Source: Acidobacteriota bacterium (GTDB taxonomy: Bacteria; Acidobacteriota; Vicinamibacteria; Vicinamibacterales; CAVVIG01). From it: a DNA stretch of 64,000 nucleotides. Positions within the stretch are counted from its first letter, which is position 1. Each line of letters starts with the position of its first letter. Shown in pieces: positions 9,698 to 19,378 of the stretch. The notes under the pieces are model-generated. The model was not told where the DNA came from. It was given only the letters and a program-made list of their open reading frames with translations, and did not search any database. The stretch covers positions 15,739-79,738 of the forward strand of contig JBDTVS010000051.1 in assembly GCA_040007095.1 (NCBI GenBank), given 5' to 3'. The translations under genes were made by a program, and so were the position numbers.

Positions 9698-10243
9698 TCA
9701 CAGTTGGTAAATCAGGTCCCGTCCCGAGGTCACGTCAATGGCTCCGTCGTGCAGGTGCAGCGCGACGCTACGTGGAATGGTCCCCCCGGTCACTTCGCCC
9801 TCGATCAGGAGGCCGTTGCGCCAGAGAATGTTGCGCGCCGCCAGCAGATTGCGTTTGCCGACGTTGAGCGAGCTGATCCCGCCAAGGTTGGCGATTTCGG
9901 CCCCGCCGACGAGCCGGACCCGGCATCGCTTCTTGTCCAGACCGAGCGCATACGCCGCCTGGAAGAGCAGCGGCAGGCCGCTGTTGGCAAATGCCGCGGG
10001 CTGGGTTTTCGCCCGGTCGGGATTGATGGTCGAATCGGGCAGCAGGAAGTGCAGCAGCCCGCCGACCCCTGCCGATTGATCCCAGATGCACACGGCGATA
10101 CAGCTTCCGAGGGCATGGGTGACGATCGTTTCCGACGCCGTCTTCGACACCGCGAACTCGCCGATGCCGACAATGCGCCGTGACGCGGCGCGTGCGGCGA
10201 CCGCGTCAAGCACGCCACTCGGGGCCGCCGCCGGCACGCTCAC
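9698..10243 (-). CDS. cheD: Chemoreceptor glutamine deamidase CheD
   Basis: 'THALGSCIAVCIWD', 'GGLLHFLLP' and 'VGKRN'; GTG start overlaps the cheR stop. Confidence 0.93.
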   Translation of the reverse strand: MSVPAAAPSGVLDAVAARAASRRIVGIGEFAVSKTASETIVTHALGSCIAVCIWDQSAGVGGLLHFLLPDSTINPDRAKTQPAAFANSGLPLLFQAAYALGLDKKRCRVRLVGGAEIANLGGISSLNVGKRNLLAARNILWRNGLLIEGEVTGGTIPRSVALHLHDGAIDVTSGRDLIYQL

Positions 10244-11079
10244 GGCGCGCTCCTGCGGTAGACCGCTGGGGCGACCCATTGCATCTTGTGGGTGATGCCC
10301 GTCAGGCTCTCGGAGTGCGAGATGAACAGGTAGCCGCCCGGCGCCAGGTGCCGCTCGAGCATCGAGACGACGCGCTGCTGCACGGTCTTGTCGAAGTAGA
10401 TCATGACGTTGCGGCAGAAGACGAAGTCGAACACCCGATCGAGGCGCTCCATCGCGATCAGGTTCAGCGCGCGATACTCGATCAGCCGGCGGACTTCCGG
10501 CACGACCCGGGCCAGTCCCTCCTGCGCTCCGAGACCTTTCTGGAAGTATTTGCGGAGCAGCGCCGACGGCACGCCCTGCACGCGATCGATCTTGTAGGTG
10601 CCCTGGCGGGCGACGGCCAGCGCTTTGGTGGACAGATCCGACGACAGCAGTCGGAAGCGTTCAATCCCCGCCTCGAGCATCGTGATCGAGATCGTCACCG
10701 GCTCTTCACCGCTCGAAGCGGCCGCGCACCACGCGTCGACGGTGCCGGCGCGCGCCAGCTTTTCGGCGAGGCGCGGCACGACCTGGTCGCGAAGGAACGC
10801 GAAGTGCTGCGGCTCGCGGAAGAAGCTGGTGTGATTGGTCGCGATCGCGTCGAGCAGGATGGTCAGCTCTTCGCCGGTCTTATCGTGGCCCAAGCGCGTC
10901 AGATACTCCTGGTAGCTCGACAAGCCGAGCTGGCGCAGCCGCTTCTGAAGCCGCGCCGCCACCAGCTCCCGCTTGCCTTCGTGCAACGTGATGCCGCTCT
11001 TTTCGTACACGAGCGCCACAATCGCCCGCAGCTCGCGATCCGTCAGAGTGGCGGTCGTGGTCGCCGTCATCGTCGGCAT
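10240..11079 (-). CDS. cheR: Chemotaxis methyltransferase CheR
   Basis: 'TNHTSFFREPQHF', 'WCAAASSGEEP' and 'FCRNVMIYFD'. Confidence 0.97.
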   Translation of the reverse strand: MPTMTATTTATLTDRELRAIVALVYEKSGITLHEGKRELVAARLQKRLRQLGLSSYQEYLTRLGHDKTGEELTILLDAIATNHTSFFREPQHFAFLRDQVVPRLAEKLARAGTVDAWCAAASSGEEPVTISITMLEAGIERFRLLSSDLSTKALAVARQGTYKIDRVQGVPSALLRKYFQKGLGAQEGLARVVPEVRRLIEYRALNLIAMERLDRVFDFVFCRNVMIYFDKTVQQRVVSMLERHLAPGGYLFISHSESLTGITHKMQWVAPAVYRRSAP

Positions 11080-11103
11080 GGAGTCCAGTCCCTTCGCGCC
11101 TGG

Positions 11104-11610
11104 TTAGAGCAGCGTCGCCGCGCCGCCGAAGATTCGATCGAGATCGAGCAGAAACTTGACGCGGCCCTTGATCTTCGCGACGCCCCGCATGAACTCGGTG
11201 TTGACGTGCTCGCCGAACTCGGGCGTCGCCTCGATCTCGTCCGACGTGATCGTCAGCACCTCCGACACCGCGTCCACCACCACGCCCACCATCACCTTCG
11301 ACGACCGGAGCGCCACTTCGATCACGATGATGCAGGTGCGCTCGCCGTAGTCCTGCGACGCGAAGCCGAACTTCAAGCGCAGATCCACCACGGGGATGAC
11401 CTTGCCGCGCAGGTTGATGACTCCCTTGACGTGCCGCGGCGCCTGCGGGACGGCGGTGATGTCCAGAATCTTGATGATCTCGCGCACCTTCAGCACGGGC
11501 AGGCCGTACTCCTCGCCCGCGAGGGCGAACGTCAAATACTTCCCGGCCAACGACGTGGCCTCGCGCGTTGTCGACGTGTCGGGTTCCAGGGTCGCAATCG
11601 CTGCTGTCAT
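11104..11610 (-). CDS. cheW: Chemotaxis coupling protein CheW
   Basis: 'YLTFALAGEEYG' and 'GVINLRGKVIPVVDLR'; GGAGG RBS before the ATG at 11610. Confidence 0.96.
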   Translation of the reverse strand: MTAAIATLEPDTSTTREATSLAGKYLTFALAGEEYGLPVLKVREIIKILDITAVPQAPRHVKGVINLRGKVIPVVDLRLKFGFASQDYGERTCIIVIEVALRSSKVMVGVVVDAVSEVLTITSDEIEATPEFGEHVNTEFMRGVAKIKGRVKFLLDLDRIFGGAATLL

Positions 11611-11636
11611 GCCGTCCTCCAAGTTCCTTTCGATAC

Positions 11637-13802
11637 TCATGCGGCGCGCGAGCCTTCGCCGCGCGTGCGACCGACGATCCCGTGTGCGTCGAGAATCAAT
11701 CCGACCCGCCCATCGCCAAGAATCGCGGCGCCGGCGACGCCGCTCATCTGGCCGAACGCCTCGCCGAGCGACTTGATCACGACCTCCTGCTTGCCGAGAA
11801 GCCGATCGACCACCAGGCCCACCTGATGCCCGTCGTCCTCGATGACCACCACGGTCGCGCGGCAGGCGTCGGTCTCGCGTCCCTCGATGCCGAAGAGCTC
11901 CGCCAGCCACACCAGCGGGACGAGCTTGTCCCTGACCTGCAGCATGCAGGGACGTCCCTGCACCGTGTGGATCTGTTCGGGCACCGGACGCAGGGATTCC
12001 CGGACTCCGAAGGTCGGCATCACGAAGCGCTCGGTGCCGACCCCGAGCAGCAGACCGTCCAGAATCGCGAGCGTCAGGGGCAACTTGATCAGAAAGGTGG
12101 TGCCCCGACCGATCGTGCTCTGAATTTCGATGCGCCCGCGCAACGCGTCGATGTTCCGGCGGACGACGTCCATGCCGACGCCGCGGCCGGAGATCTCGGT
12201 GATCTTCTCGGCGGTCGAGAAGCCGGGCCGGAAGATCAGTTGATGGATTTCAGAGGGGGTCAACGTGTCGTTCGGTCGGACCAGTCCCTGGCTCACCGCT
12301 TTCGCGAGGATCCGCTCGGAATTGAGGCCCGCGCCGTCATCCTCGATGGCGATGACGATGTTGCCGCCCTGATGGTAGGCGCTGAGCGCCAGCCGTCCCT
12401 CTGGCCGCTTTCCCGACTTGGCGCGGCGCTCCGCGTCCTCGATCCCGTGGTCGACGCTGTTGCGCACCATGTGCATCAGCGGGTCGTTGATGTCCTCGAC
12501 GACGCGCCGGTCGAGCTCCGTGTCCTCCCCGGACAGTACGAGATCGACCGACTTGCCAGACTTTTTCGAAAGGTCGCGGACCAGCCGTGCCATCTTCTGG
12601 AACGTCTGGCGGATGGGCACCATGCGCATCGACATTGCGTTCTTCTGTAGATCGCTGGTGATCCGCTTGAGCTGCGCCAGATTCCTGGTCAGTCGCTCGT
12701 CTGCGGCTTTGAGGAGCGCCGGATCCTCTTGCAGGATCGCTTGCGCAATGACCAGCTCTCCCACCATGTCCACGAGGTTGTCGAGCTTGCGGGTGTCGAC
12801 CTTCACCGAGACCTGGCCGGCGATATCGTCCGCGCGACGGGATGGAGTGGGCTTCGGCGCGGAGTCGCTCGACGGCGCCGGTTCCACGGCGGACGCGGAT
12901 TCCCGCGTCCACGGCTCGGCTTGCGCCTCCGCCGCGTTGCGAGCCACGGTGCCGACCGCTTTGTCGACGACAGCAGGGGGGACCGGTGTGTCGACGGCCC
13001 GAGCGACCGCGCCGGTCCCGTTGACCAGCCCGTCCACCACGTCCATCAGCACGCGCCGCCTGGGCTCCAAATCCGTGCCGGGCCGGCCGTTCAGCCGACC
13101 CTGAATGTCATTGATCAGCGCCGTCAGCACGTCCACCGCTTCGAGGACCGCATCGGTCTCGGCGGGGCCGAGGGTGTGGCGTCCGGAGCGGCACAAATCG
13201 AGGAGGTTCTCGACCTTGTGGGCAAGCTCCTGCACCCTGGTCACGCCCAGCGCGCCGGCATTGCCCTTGACCGTGTGAAAGGGCCGGAAGATATCGTTCA
13301 GCAGCTTGGTGTCGCCGGGCGCCGCCTCGAGCTGAAGAACGCACGTCTCGATGGAGCTCAGGTGATCGAGCGCCTCGCCGACGAACATCGCCGCCAGCTC
13401 GGGGTCGCCCCGCAGCGCCGCGACGTCTTCGTCCACGCGCGACTGAGCGTTCGAGGTCTCCGCTGCGGGTGTCGGCACCGACGCTGCGGCTTCTTTACGA
13501 GCGGCCGGAGCCGGCGGAGCGGCCGGTCCGGGCGCCCGGTCGCCGTCAGGCGTCCACACGTTCCACGCCTCGGAAAATGCCACCAGGGCTCGTTCGAGAT
13601 CACCAGCGTTGTTGGCGATGGCGACATCGCCAATCAGCGAGTCCAACGCTGGCGACCCCAGGCCGACCACCAGCGTGACCAGATCAGAGCTTCGGTTCGC
13701 GACGTCCAGCTTCCCGCCATCGCCGAGCGCGAGATCGCACAGGAGGCGATTCAGCGCCGAGTCGATGACCTCTCGAGACGAGGGCTCGGGTTGGTTGGCC
13801 AC
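11637..13802 (-). CDS. cheA: Chemotaxis histidine kinase CheA
   Basis: Hpt 'FRPFHTVKG'; 'HMVRNSVDHGIE', 'DDGAG' and 'SGRGVGMDVV'; C-terminal CheW domain. Confidence 0.97.
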   Translation of the reverse strand: MANQPEPSSREVIDSALNRLLCDLALGDGGKLDVANRSSDLVTLVVGLGSPALDSLIGDVAIANNAGDLERALVAFSEAWNVWTPDGDRAPGPAAPPAPAARKEAAASVPTPAAETSNAQSRVDEDVAALRGDPELAAMFVGEALDHLSSIETCVLQLEAAPGDTKLLNDIFRPFHTVKGNAGALGVTRVQELAHKVENLLDLCRSGRHTLGPAETDAVLEAVDVLTALINDIQGRLNGRPGTDLEPRRRVLMDVVDGLVNGTGAVARAVDTPVPPAVVDKAVGTVARNAAEAQAEPWTRESASAVEPAPSSDSAPKPTPSRRADDIAGQVSVKVDTRKLDNLVDMVGELVIAQAILQEDPALLKAADERLTRNLAQLKRITSDLQKNAMSMRMVPIRQTFQKMARLVRDLSKKSGKSVDLVLSGEDTELDRRVVEDINDPLMHMVRNSVDHGIEDAERRAKSGKRPEGRLALSAYHQGGNIVIAIEDDGAGLNSERILAKAVSQGLVRPNDTLTPSEIHQLIFRPGFSTAEKITEISGRGVGMDVVRRNIDALRGRIEIQSTIGRGTTFLIKLPLTLAILDGLLLGVGTERFVMPTFGVRESLRPVPEQIHTVQGRPCMLQVRDKLVPLVWLAELFGIEGRETDACRATVVVIEDDGHQVGLVVDRLLGKQEVVIKSLGEAFGQMSGVAGAAILGDGRVGLILDAHGIVGRTRGEGSRAA

Positions 13803-13805
13803 TGA

Positions 13806-15377
13806 TTAGAACCGCCCGTATGTGCCAGTATCGCCGAGCGGCAACTCTTCTTCGGCGCTGCGAGGCCTGGCCGTCATCTTCACGACCTTGGCGAGCGCCG
13901 AACGCGGCGCCCGCCGCGCCGCCACCTTCGCTGGTGCCGCGCTCGCCTGCCCGCCGACGAGGGTTTCGAGGCGCCGGACCACGGCCATCGCCGTCTCGGC
14001 TTGCGCGTTCAGCTCCTCGCTCGCCGCTGCGCTCTCTTCCGCCGTCGCCGCAGTTGTCTGCGTCACTTTCTCCATCTGCGCAATCGCCTGCGCCACCTGA
14101 TCGATGCCCTGCGTCTGCTGCTGGCTCGCCTCGCGCACCTCGTCGACGATCCCCCTGACCTTCGCCACGCTGTCGGTGATCGCCCCGATGGCGGTCGCGA
14201 CTTCCGCGACGTTCCCCGCGCCCTCCTGCGACCTTAGAATCGACTCTTCAATCAGTCCTGCGGTGTCCTTCGCCGCCTGCGCCGAGCGCTGCGCCAGGTT
14301 GCGCACTTCGTCGGCCACCACCGCGAACCCCATCCCCGCCTCGCCGGCGCGCGCGGCTTCCACGGCCGCGTTCAGCGCCAGAATGTTGGTCTGGAACGCA
14401 ATCTCGTCGATCGTCTTGATGATCTTCGCCACCTTGCTGCTCGATTCCTTGATCGCCGCCATCGAGCCGACCATCTGGCCCAGCGCCGCGTTCGAATCGG
14501 TCACCTGCCGCGTCACGTTGGTGACCAGCGCCGCCGCCTGCGTCGCGTTCTCCGCGTTCTTGCGCGTCATCGACGCCATCTCTTCCATCGACGCCGACGT
14601 CTCCTCGAGCGACGCCGCCTGCTCGGTCGCCCCCTGCGACAGCGACTGCGCCGAGCTCGAGACCTGCCCCGCGGCCGACACGACTTGTGTGGCTCCCTCG
14701 CTCAACTCGGAGAGTGACAACCGCAGGGCTTTTCCGGTGGAGCTGATGATCAGCGCCGCGAGCCCACCACTCACCGCAATGGCCAGGAGGAGACCGATCA
14801 CGATCCCCAATTGGCCGGCGTCAACGGCAGCCGTGATGTTCTTGCTGAACACGTCGGCATTGGACGCGTTCAACTTGACCTCGGCGTCGACGGCCGCCAC
14901 GTACTTCTCCAGCGAGGGCAGAAAACGGCTGCTCAGCATCGCTTCTGCATCGCTTCGCTGGTTCGCTCGGCTGAGAATCAACGACGCCTCGCGAGCCTCG
15001 CGCATGATCCCGCGCTCCTTTTGAATCGCGTCGAACAGCTCGCGGGCCCTGGGATCGTGAATCGTCGGCTCGTAGGTCTTGAGGATCTGGGTGGCTTGCT
15101 CGGTCAGCTCGTTGACCTTCTGATCAAGCGCCGCCTTCTCGGCTGCCTGGTCGGCCAGAATATGCTGCGTGGTGAGCGCGCGGTTGGTTTCCGCGTTCGT
15201 CGCCAGCTGCAGAATAGCCTGGACACCGGGGAGCGCATCGCCGGTAATGTCTTCCGCGCTCTTTTCGATCACCGCGAGCCGCGTATAGGCAAAGCCGCCG
15301 AGGCCTATCGCGACAGCCACTACGGCGGAGAACCCGAAGATCATGCGTTTGCCGATAGTCCAGTTCGCCATGCTCAT
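13806..15377 (-). CDS. Methyl-accepting chemotaxis protein (4HB sensor)
   Basis: Two transmembrane segments flank a four-helix sensor; signalling tip '[43 protein letters not shown]'. Confidence 0.96.
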   Translation of the reverse strand: MSMANWTIGKRMIFGFSAVVAVAIGLGGFAYTRLAVIEKSAEDITGDALPGVQAILQLATNAETNRALTTQHILADQAAEKAALDQKVNELTEQATQILKTYEPTIHDPRARELFDAIQKERGIMREAREASLILSRANQRSDAEAMLSSRFLPSLEKYVAAVDAEVKLNASNADVFSKNITAAVDAGQLGIVIGLLLAIAVSGGLAALIISSTGKALRLSLSELSEGATQVVSAAGQVSSSAQSLSQGATEQAASLEETSASMEEMASMTRKNAENATQAAALVTNVTRQVTDSNAALGQMVGSMAAIKESSSKVAKIIKTIDEIAFQTNILALNAAVEAARAGEAGMGFAVVADEVRNLAQRSAQAAKDTAGLIEESILRSQEGAGNVAEVATAIGAITDSVAKVRGIVDEVREASQQQTQGIDQVAQAIAQMEKVTQTTAATAEESAAASEELNAQAETAMAVVRRLETLVGGQASAAPAKVAARRAPRSALAKVVKMTARPRSAEEELPLGDTGTYGRF

Positions 15378-15634
15378 ACTGTCGGCCTCATTCCTTGACG
15401 TTGCGATGGGTGAGTAGCGAAGCGGCGCCACAAGGCGATTGAGTGACGAGGCGCCAGACGGGACCGCGCGCCTTGGTTGCCCGGGGTCCGAGACTCGCCC
15501 CACGAGGAGACGGCAATCGACCGCAGGAATCATGTCTGTCGTGTCGTCTGGTAAACACCAAGGAAATCGTCAAGCTTCTCTCGGGACGGCCACGTCACCC
15601 ACGTCATTTTCCTGTTGATGAATTCATGCGTTCA

Positions 15635-17287
15635 CTAGAGTGTGATCTCGAAGGTGCTCGTGTCGCGCCGCGGACGCGGTCGCGGTTCCTGGTCCTGTTG
15701 GGACTGTTGCTGGCGGGCGTTGCCGCCCTTCGAGTCTCGCGATGGCTCCGCCGGTTCGTCGGACACGATCAGACGATCGAGGGTGAGCCCTTGTTCGGAG
15801 AGTCCATGGCGCAGCAGCGATTCGTTAGCGCCCAACCAAGCCCGCACCTCGGCCGAAGCGGCGCTGACATGGGCGGTGACGCCGCCGTCCTCGACTCTCA
15901 GCGCGATGGTCACCTCGCCGAGATACTCCGGCTGCAGCGTGATGCGTGCGTCGCCGACACCGTTTCGCGATTGCAGCTGAATGGCCTGCACCATCTGCCG
16001 ATGCAGACTCACCTCGTCAATGGCCGCGCTCCGATCGGCGATGCCCGACAGGAGCGTCGCCGCGGAGGCAGCACTGGTTCGATCCAGACTTGACACGTGC
16101 TCAGCCGCCTGCCCGGTCTGCAAGAAAGCGTGATCGGTTTGAACGACGGCGCCCACGACGGCGGCGTCGAACGCCGGTGCCACGGGCGCGTCGAGCGCCT
16201 GCGCCACCAGCGCCTGGATGTCTTCGGCGCGTCCTCTGGAGTTGGGGGAGGAGTGTGCGGAATCCTGATCGGCCGGGTTCTGCGCTGTTCCGGTTTGTGC
16301 GCGGCCGGCCAACAACGCTGCCGCCAACCCGGACTGGCCATCGGCCAGGACGGTCGGTGAACCCGCGGCGCGATCGGTCGAAGCACGCAGGTTGTCGGTG
16401 ATTCGACTGGATCCGGCCTGCGAGTTCGAAGAGAACGTGGTCGTGGCCGCGACGCCGTTCGCGGACTGACCGGCAGGACGCAGTCCCGGGGCGAGGGCCG
16501 CATCGGCGTACGCGGCGGGCACGCGGCCGACACGGCGCGGCGCGATCCTCGACTGTGTCGACCCTGGTTGATCGGTTGACGCGGATGAAACGTTCTGCGG
16601 ATCCGTCGTATCTGTTTGAACGGCGGGCCCGGCGAACCGGTCGGTCGGCGCAAGTGAGGAGTCTGTCGGCGGCGCAGCACCGGCCCCCAATCCTGGCGGG
16701 ACGCCGGCCGGAAGCGCGGGCGTGGACTGTCCACCGACCGGCGCGGCGATCGTCGATGCGCTCAATTGGTCGGCGTGATCTGTTTGAACGGCAGCCGCGC
16801 CATCCTGGCTGGCCGCTCCGGCAAGCGGCACGGCTGCCATTCCTGGAAAGAGGTCAGCGACCGGCCCCATCCGGGGCGCGTCGCTCGATCCGGTGGATTC
16901 GAGTGTGTCGGCCGCGGCGCCGGAACCGCCAGCGGTTTGTGACTGCGCGGCCGGCCCAAGCCCAAGGCTCCTCGGCTGATCCTGGACGGTCCACAACCAG
17001 GCCGGCACGGCAACGTTGATGATCGTCGGATCGCCGGCATCGCGTGTCGACGGCACGGAGCTCCCGCCGGCATCTTCCAAAGCCTCCGTCCCGCGCTTTC
17101 GGCTCGCGAGTGAGACGGTGCGCCTGGACGTGTTCCCGACCACACCCGCCTCGTCGGCGCCCGAGATCTGCGCGATCACGCTCGCGAACGGATCGCCGGA
17201 GGCCGGACGTCTGGAAGGTGCGTTGCCACCACCCTTCACGGATGGCGGCAACGCGGCTGGCGGAATATTGGTGGGGTTGATAGTCAC
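15635..17287 (-). CDS. fliK: Flagellar hook-length control protein FliK
   Basis: Long A/P/S/T-rich N-region; C-terminal 'ARITLQPEYLGEVTIAL...LRHGLSEQGL'. Confidence 0.9.
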   Translation of the reverse strand: MTINPTNIPPAALPPSVKGGGNAPSRRPASGDPFASVIAQISGADEAGVVGNTSRRTVSLASRKRGTEALEDAGGSSVPSTRDAGDPTIINVAVPAWLWTVQDQPRSLGLGPAAQSQTAGGSGAAADTLESTGSSDAPRMGPVADLFPGMAAVPLAGAASQDGAAAVQTDHADQLSASTIAAPVGGQSTPALPAGVPPGLGAGAAPPTDSSLAPTDRFAGPAVQTDTTDPQNVSSASTDQPGSTQSRIAPRRVGRVPAAYADAALAPGLRPAGQSANGVAATTTFSSNSQAGSSRITDNLRASTDRAAGSPTVLADGQSGLAAALLAGRAQTGTAQNPADQDSAHSSPNSRGRAEDIQALVAQALDAPVAPAFDAAVVGAVVQTDHAFLQTGQAAEHVSSLDRTSAASAATLLSGIADRSAAIDEVSLHRQMVQAIQLQSRNGVGDARITLQPEYLGEVTIALRVEDGGVTAHVSAASAEVRAWLGANESLLRHGLSEQGLTLDRLIVSDEPAEPSRDSKGGNARQQQSQQDQEPRPRPRRDTSTFEITL

Positions 17288-17301
17288 GGGTCAGGCCTGT
17301 T

Positions 17302-18558
17302 TTACTGCTTGAGATTGAGCGTTTCCTGGAGCAGCTGGTCGGCGGTCGTGATGCTCTTCGAGTTCGCCTGGTATCCGCGTTGGGCGAGAATCATCTGGGT
17401 GAACTCTTTCGCCATGTCGACGTTCGACTGCTCGAGCGAACTGCCGATGAGCGTGCCTCGTCCGCCGGTCCCGGCCACTCCGACGTTCGCGATGCCGGCC
17501 GCCGCGCTCTCGCCGTAAGCGTTCGAGCCGAGCTTCATCAATCCCCCGGGATTGTTGAAGTTCGCGAGCGCGAGCTGACCGAGGATGACGGTCTGGCCGG
17601 CGCCAATCGTGGCGACAATTTGACCATCCGAATCGATGCTGATGCCGCTGACGGAACCCGCGGCGGCGCCGTTCTGCGTGAGCGAAGAGGTCTGCGACGG
17701 CGCAGAGAACCCGGTGAGGCTCGCCGCACCGTTGGCATCGATGAGGTCCCACGTCATGGCGGTCGCCGCCGCGCCGTCCTTCCAACCGGCGGCGGGGGCG
17801 GGAACGGCCACATCGGCCGCGGCCGCACCGTCGACCTGGTTGAGCAGGCCGGCCGCGGTAAAGGTCAGCGTTCCGGCTTTGAGCACCACGGGCGCAGCAG
17901 GCGATCCAACGACGTCCGCAGCCGGCACGGCGGCCGAGTAGTCCCATCCGCCCGCAGTCTTCGTGTAAGTCACGGTCACGACGTGCGCGGTCCCGAGCGA
18001 GTCGAAGATTTGCGGCGATACCGTGAAGGTCGCGCCGACCGCGGCGTTCGCGTCGAGGTTCGAGGCGGCGCCGAACTGCGTCGTCGCCTTCGGGGCGCGC
18101 AACACGCCGGGCGGGACCACGATGTTGGTCGGCTGGCCGGTGGTGATGATCCCGCCGGTCGCTGGATTGACCGCGGTGAAGCCCTGCACCGGTTGCCCGT
18201 CCGAGGTGATGAGCGTGCCGTCCGCATCCTGCGAGAAATCGCCGGCGCGCGTGTAGGACCGATTATCAGCGGCGCCGATCACGAAAAATCCGCTCCCCTG
18301 GATCGCGACGTTGGTCGGCACGCCGGTGTTCTCGATGCCGCCCTGCCGGAAGTTCGGCGTGATCGATCCGGTCGTCACGCCGAGGCCGATCTGCATGGGA
18401 TTGACACTCGAGCCGCCGACCGACTGGCTGACCAGATCCGAGAAGGTAACGTCGCTCTCCTTGAACGCAATCGTGTTGATGTTCGCGAGGTTGTTCCCGA
18501 TGACGTCGAGTTTCTGCTGGTTGGCGCTCAAACCGGAGAGGCTGGTGGTAAAAGACAT
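17302..18558 (-). CDS. flgE: Flagellar hook protein FlgE
   Basis: 'LDVIGNNLANINT', 'YTRAGDF' and 'LEQSNVDMAKEFTQMILAQRGYQANSK'. Confidence 0.97.
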   Translation of the reverse strand: MSFTTSLSGLSANQQKLDVIGNNLANINTIAFKESDVTFSDLVSQSVGGSSVNPMQIGLGVTTGSITPNFRQGGIENTGVPTNVAIQGSGFFVIGAADNRSYTRAGDFSQDADGTLITSDGQPVQGFTAVNPATGGIITTGQPTNIVVPPGVLRAPKATTQFGAASNLDANAAVGATFTVSPQIFDSLGTAHVVTVTYTKTAGGWDYSAAVPAADVVGSPAAPVVLKAGTLTFTAAGLLNQVDGAAAADVAVPAPAAGWKDGAAATAMTWDLIDANGAASLTGFSAPSQTSSLTQNGAAAGSVSGISIDSDGQIVATIGAGQTVILGQLALANFNNPGGLMKLGSNAYGESAAAGIANVGVAGTGGRGTLIGSSLEQSNVDMAKEFTQMILAQRGYQANSKSITTADQLLQETLNLKQ

Positions 18559-18601
18559 ATTCAGTTCACCTTTTCGTGTTTCAAAAGCTCGAGACTGCGC
18601 C

Positions 18602-18910
18602 CTACGACTTGGTTGTTGCTGCGGACGATGCGGCCAGCTCCGTCGCAGCCTTCGCCTGACTGAAGAAGTCGGAAATGTTGGTGAGCGTCGTGTTCATCTG
18701 CTGCATCTGCTCGAGCGTGCTGAATTGCGCCAGCTGCGCCAGCAGTGCGGAATCGTCCTGGGGCTGGGTCGGATCCTGGTTCTGCATCTTGGTGATGAGC
18801 AGCTGCATGAACACGTCCTTGCCGAGGGTCGCGGACTTCGGTCCGGTCGTGTTCGACGAATTCAGTGCGGCGCTGATCGGGTCGGTCGCGGTCGTCGGGC
18901 TGATTGCCAT
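18602..18910 (-). CDS. flgD: Hook capping protein FlgD (short form)
   Basis: 'FMQLLITKMQNQDPTQP...AQLAQFSTLEQM'; lacks the C-terminal Ig/Tudor domains. Confidence 0.93.
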   Translation of the reverse strand: MAISPTTATDPISAALNSSNTTGPKSATLGKDVFMQLLITKMQNQDPTQPQDDSALLAQLAQFSTLEQMQQMNTTLTNISDFFSQAKAATELAASSAATTKS

Positions 18911-18920
18911 TTCTTTTTCC

Positions 18921-19364
18921 TCACATCCGTCGCGCGAACTGCGTAACGGCGAGCTGATCCATCGCGATGGCGTCGAGCCGCCGGCTCTCGTCTTGATAAT
19001 CCTGCCAGGCTCGATCGCGGAGCTTCTCGATCACCAGGACTTGCCGGTGCGTGCGGCGGACATCCGCCGTCGCACGCTCAACCTCAAGCTGTCGCTCGGC
19101 CAGTTGGCGACGACAGCTTTCAGCACCAGCACTCTGACCAGTGATCCAATTTCGATGCCGTTCGAACGTCGCGGCTTCGCCACCTTCGACGAGCCGGTCT
19201 CGATAGGCGAGGTGCGCGCGGTCGACGGCGCGCGCGGCGTTGGACAGCGCCACCGCCGCACTGTCTCGCAATTGTTGAATACGGGACAGTTGCCCCAGCG
19301 CAGCCTCGTGCTCGCGTCGCCGTAGATCGAGCACTCTGGCGGCGCGGAATTGGAATCGTTTCAT
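18921..19364 (-). CDS. fliJ: Flagellar export chaperone FliJ
   Basis: 'MKRFQFR..RVLDLR'; coiled coil; follows fliI. Confidence 0.88.
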   Translation of the reverse strand: MKRFQFRAARVLDLRRREHEAALGQLSRIQQLRDSAAVALSNAARAVDRAHLAYRDRLVEGGEAATFERHRNWITGQSAGAESCRRQLAERQLEVERATADVRRTHRQVLVIEKLRDRAWQDYQDESRRLDAIAMDQLAVTQFARRM

Positions 19365-19378
19365 GACGGGGCTCGCGG

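Noticed and set aside
15380-15630. Possible c-di-GMP riboswitch or sigma28 promoter upstream of the MCP
   Set aside because: Hairpins exist but the GEMM consensus is absent, and the GCCGACAG box lacks a correctly spaced -35.
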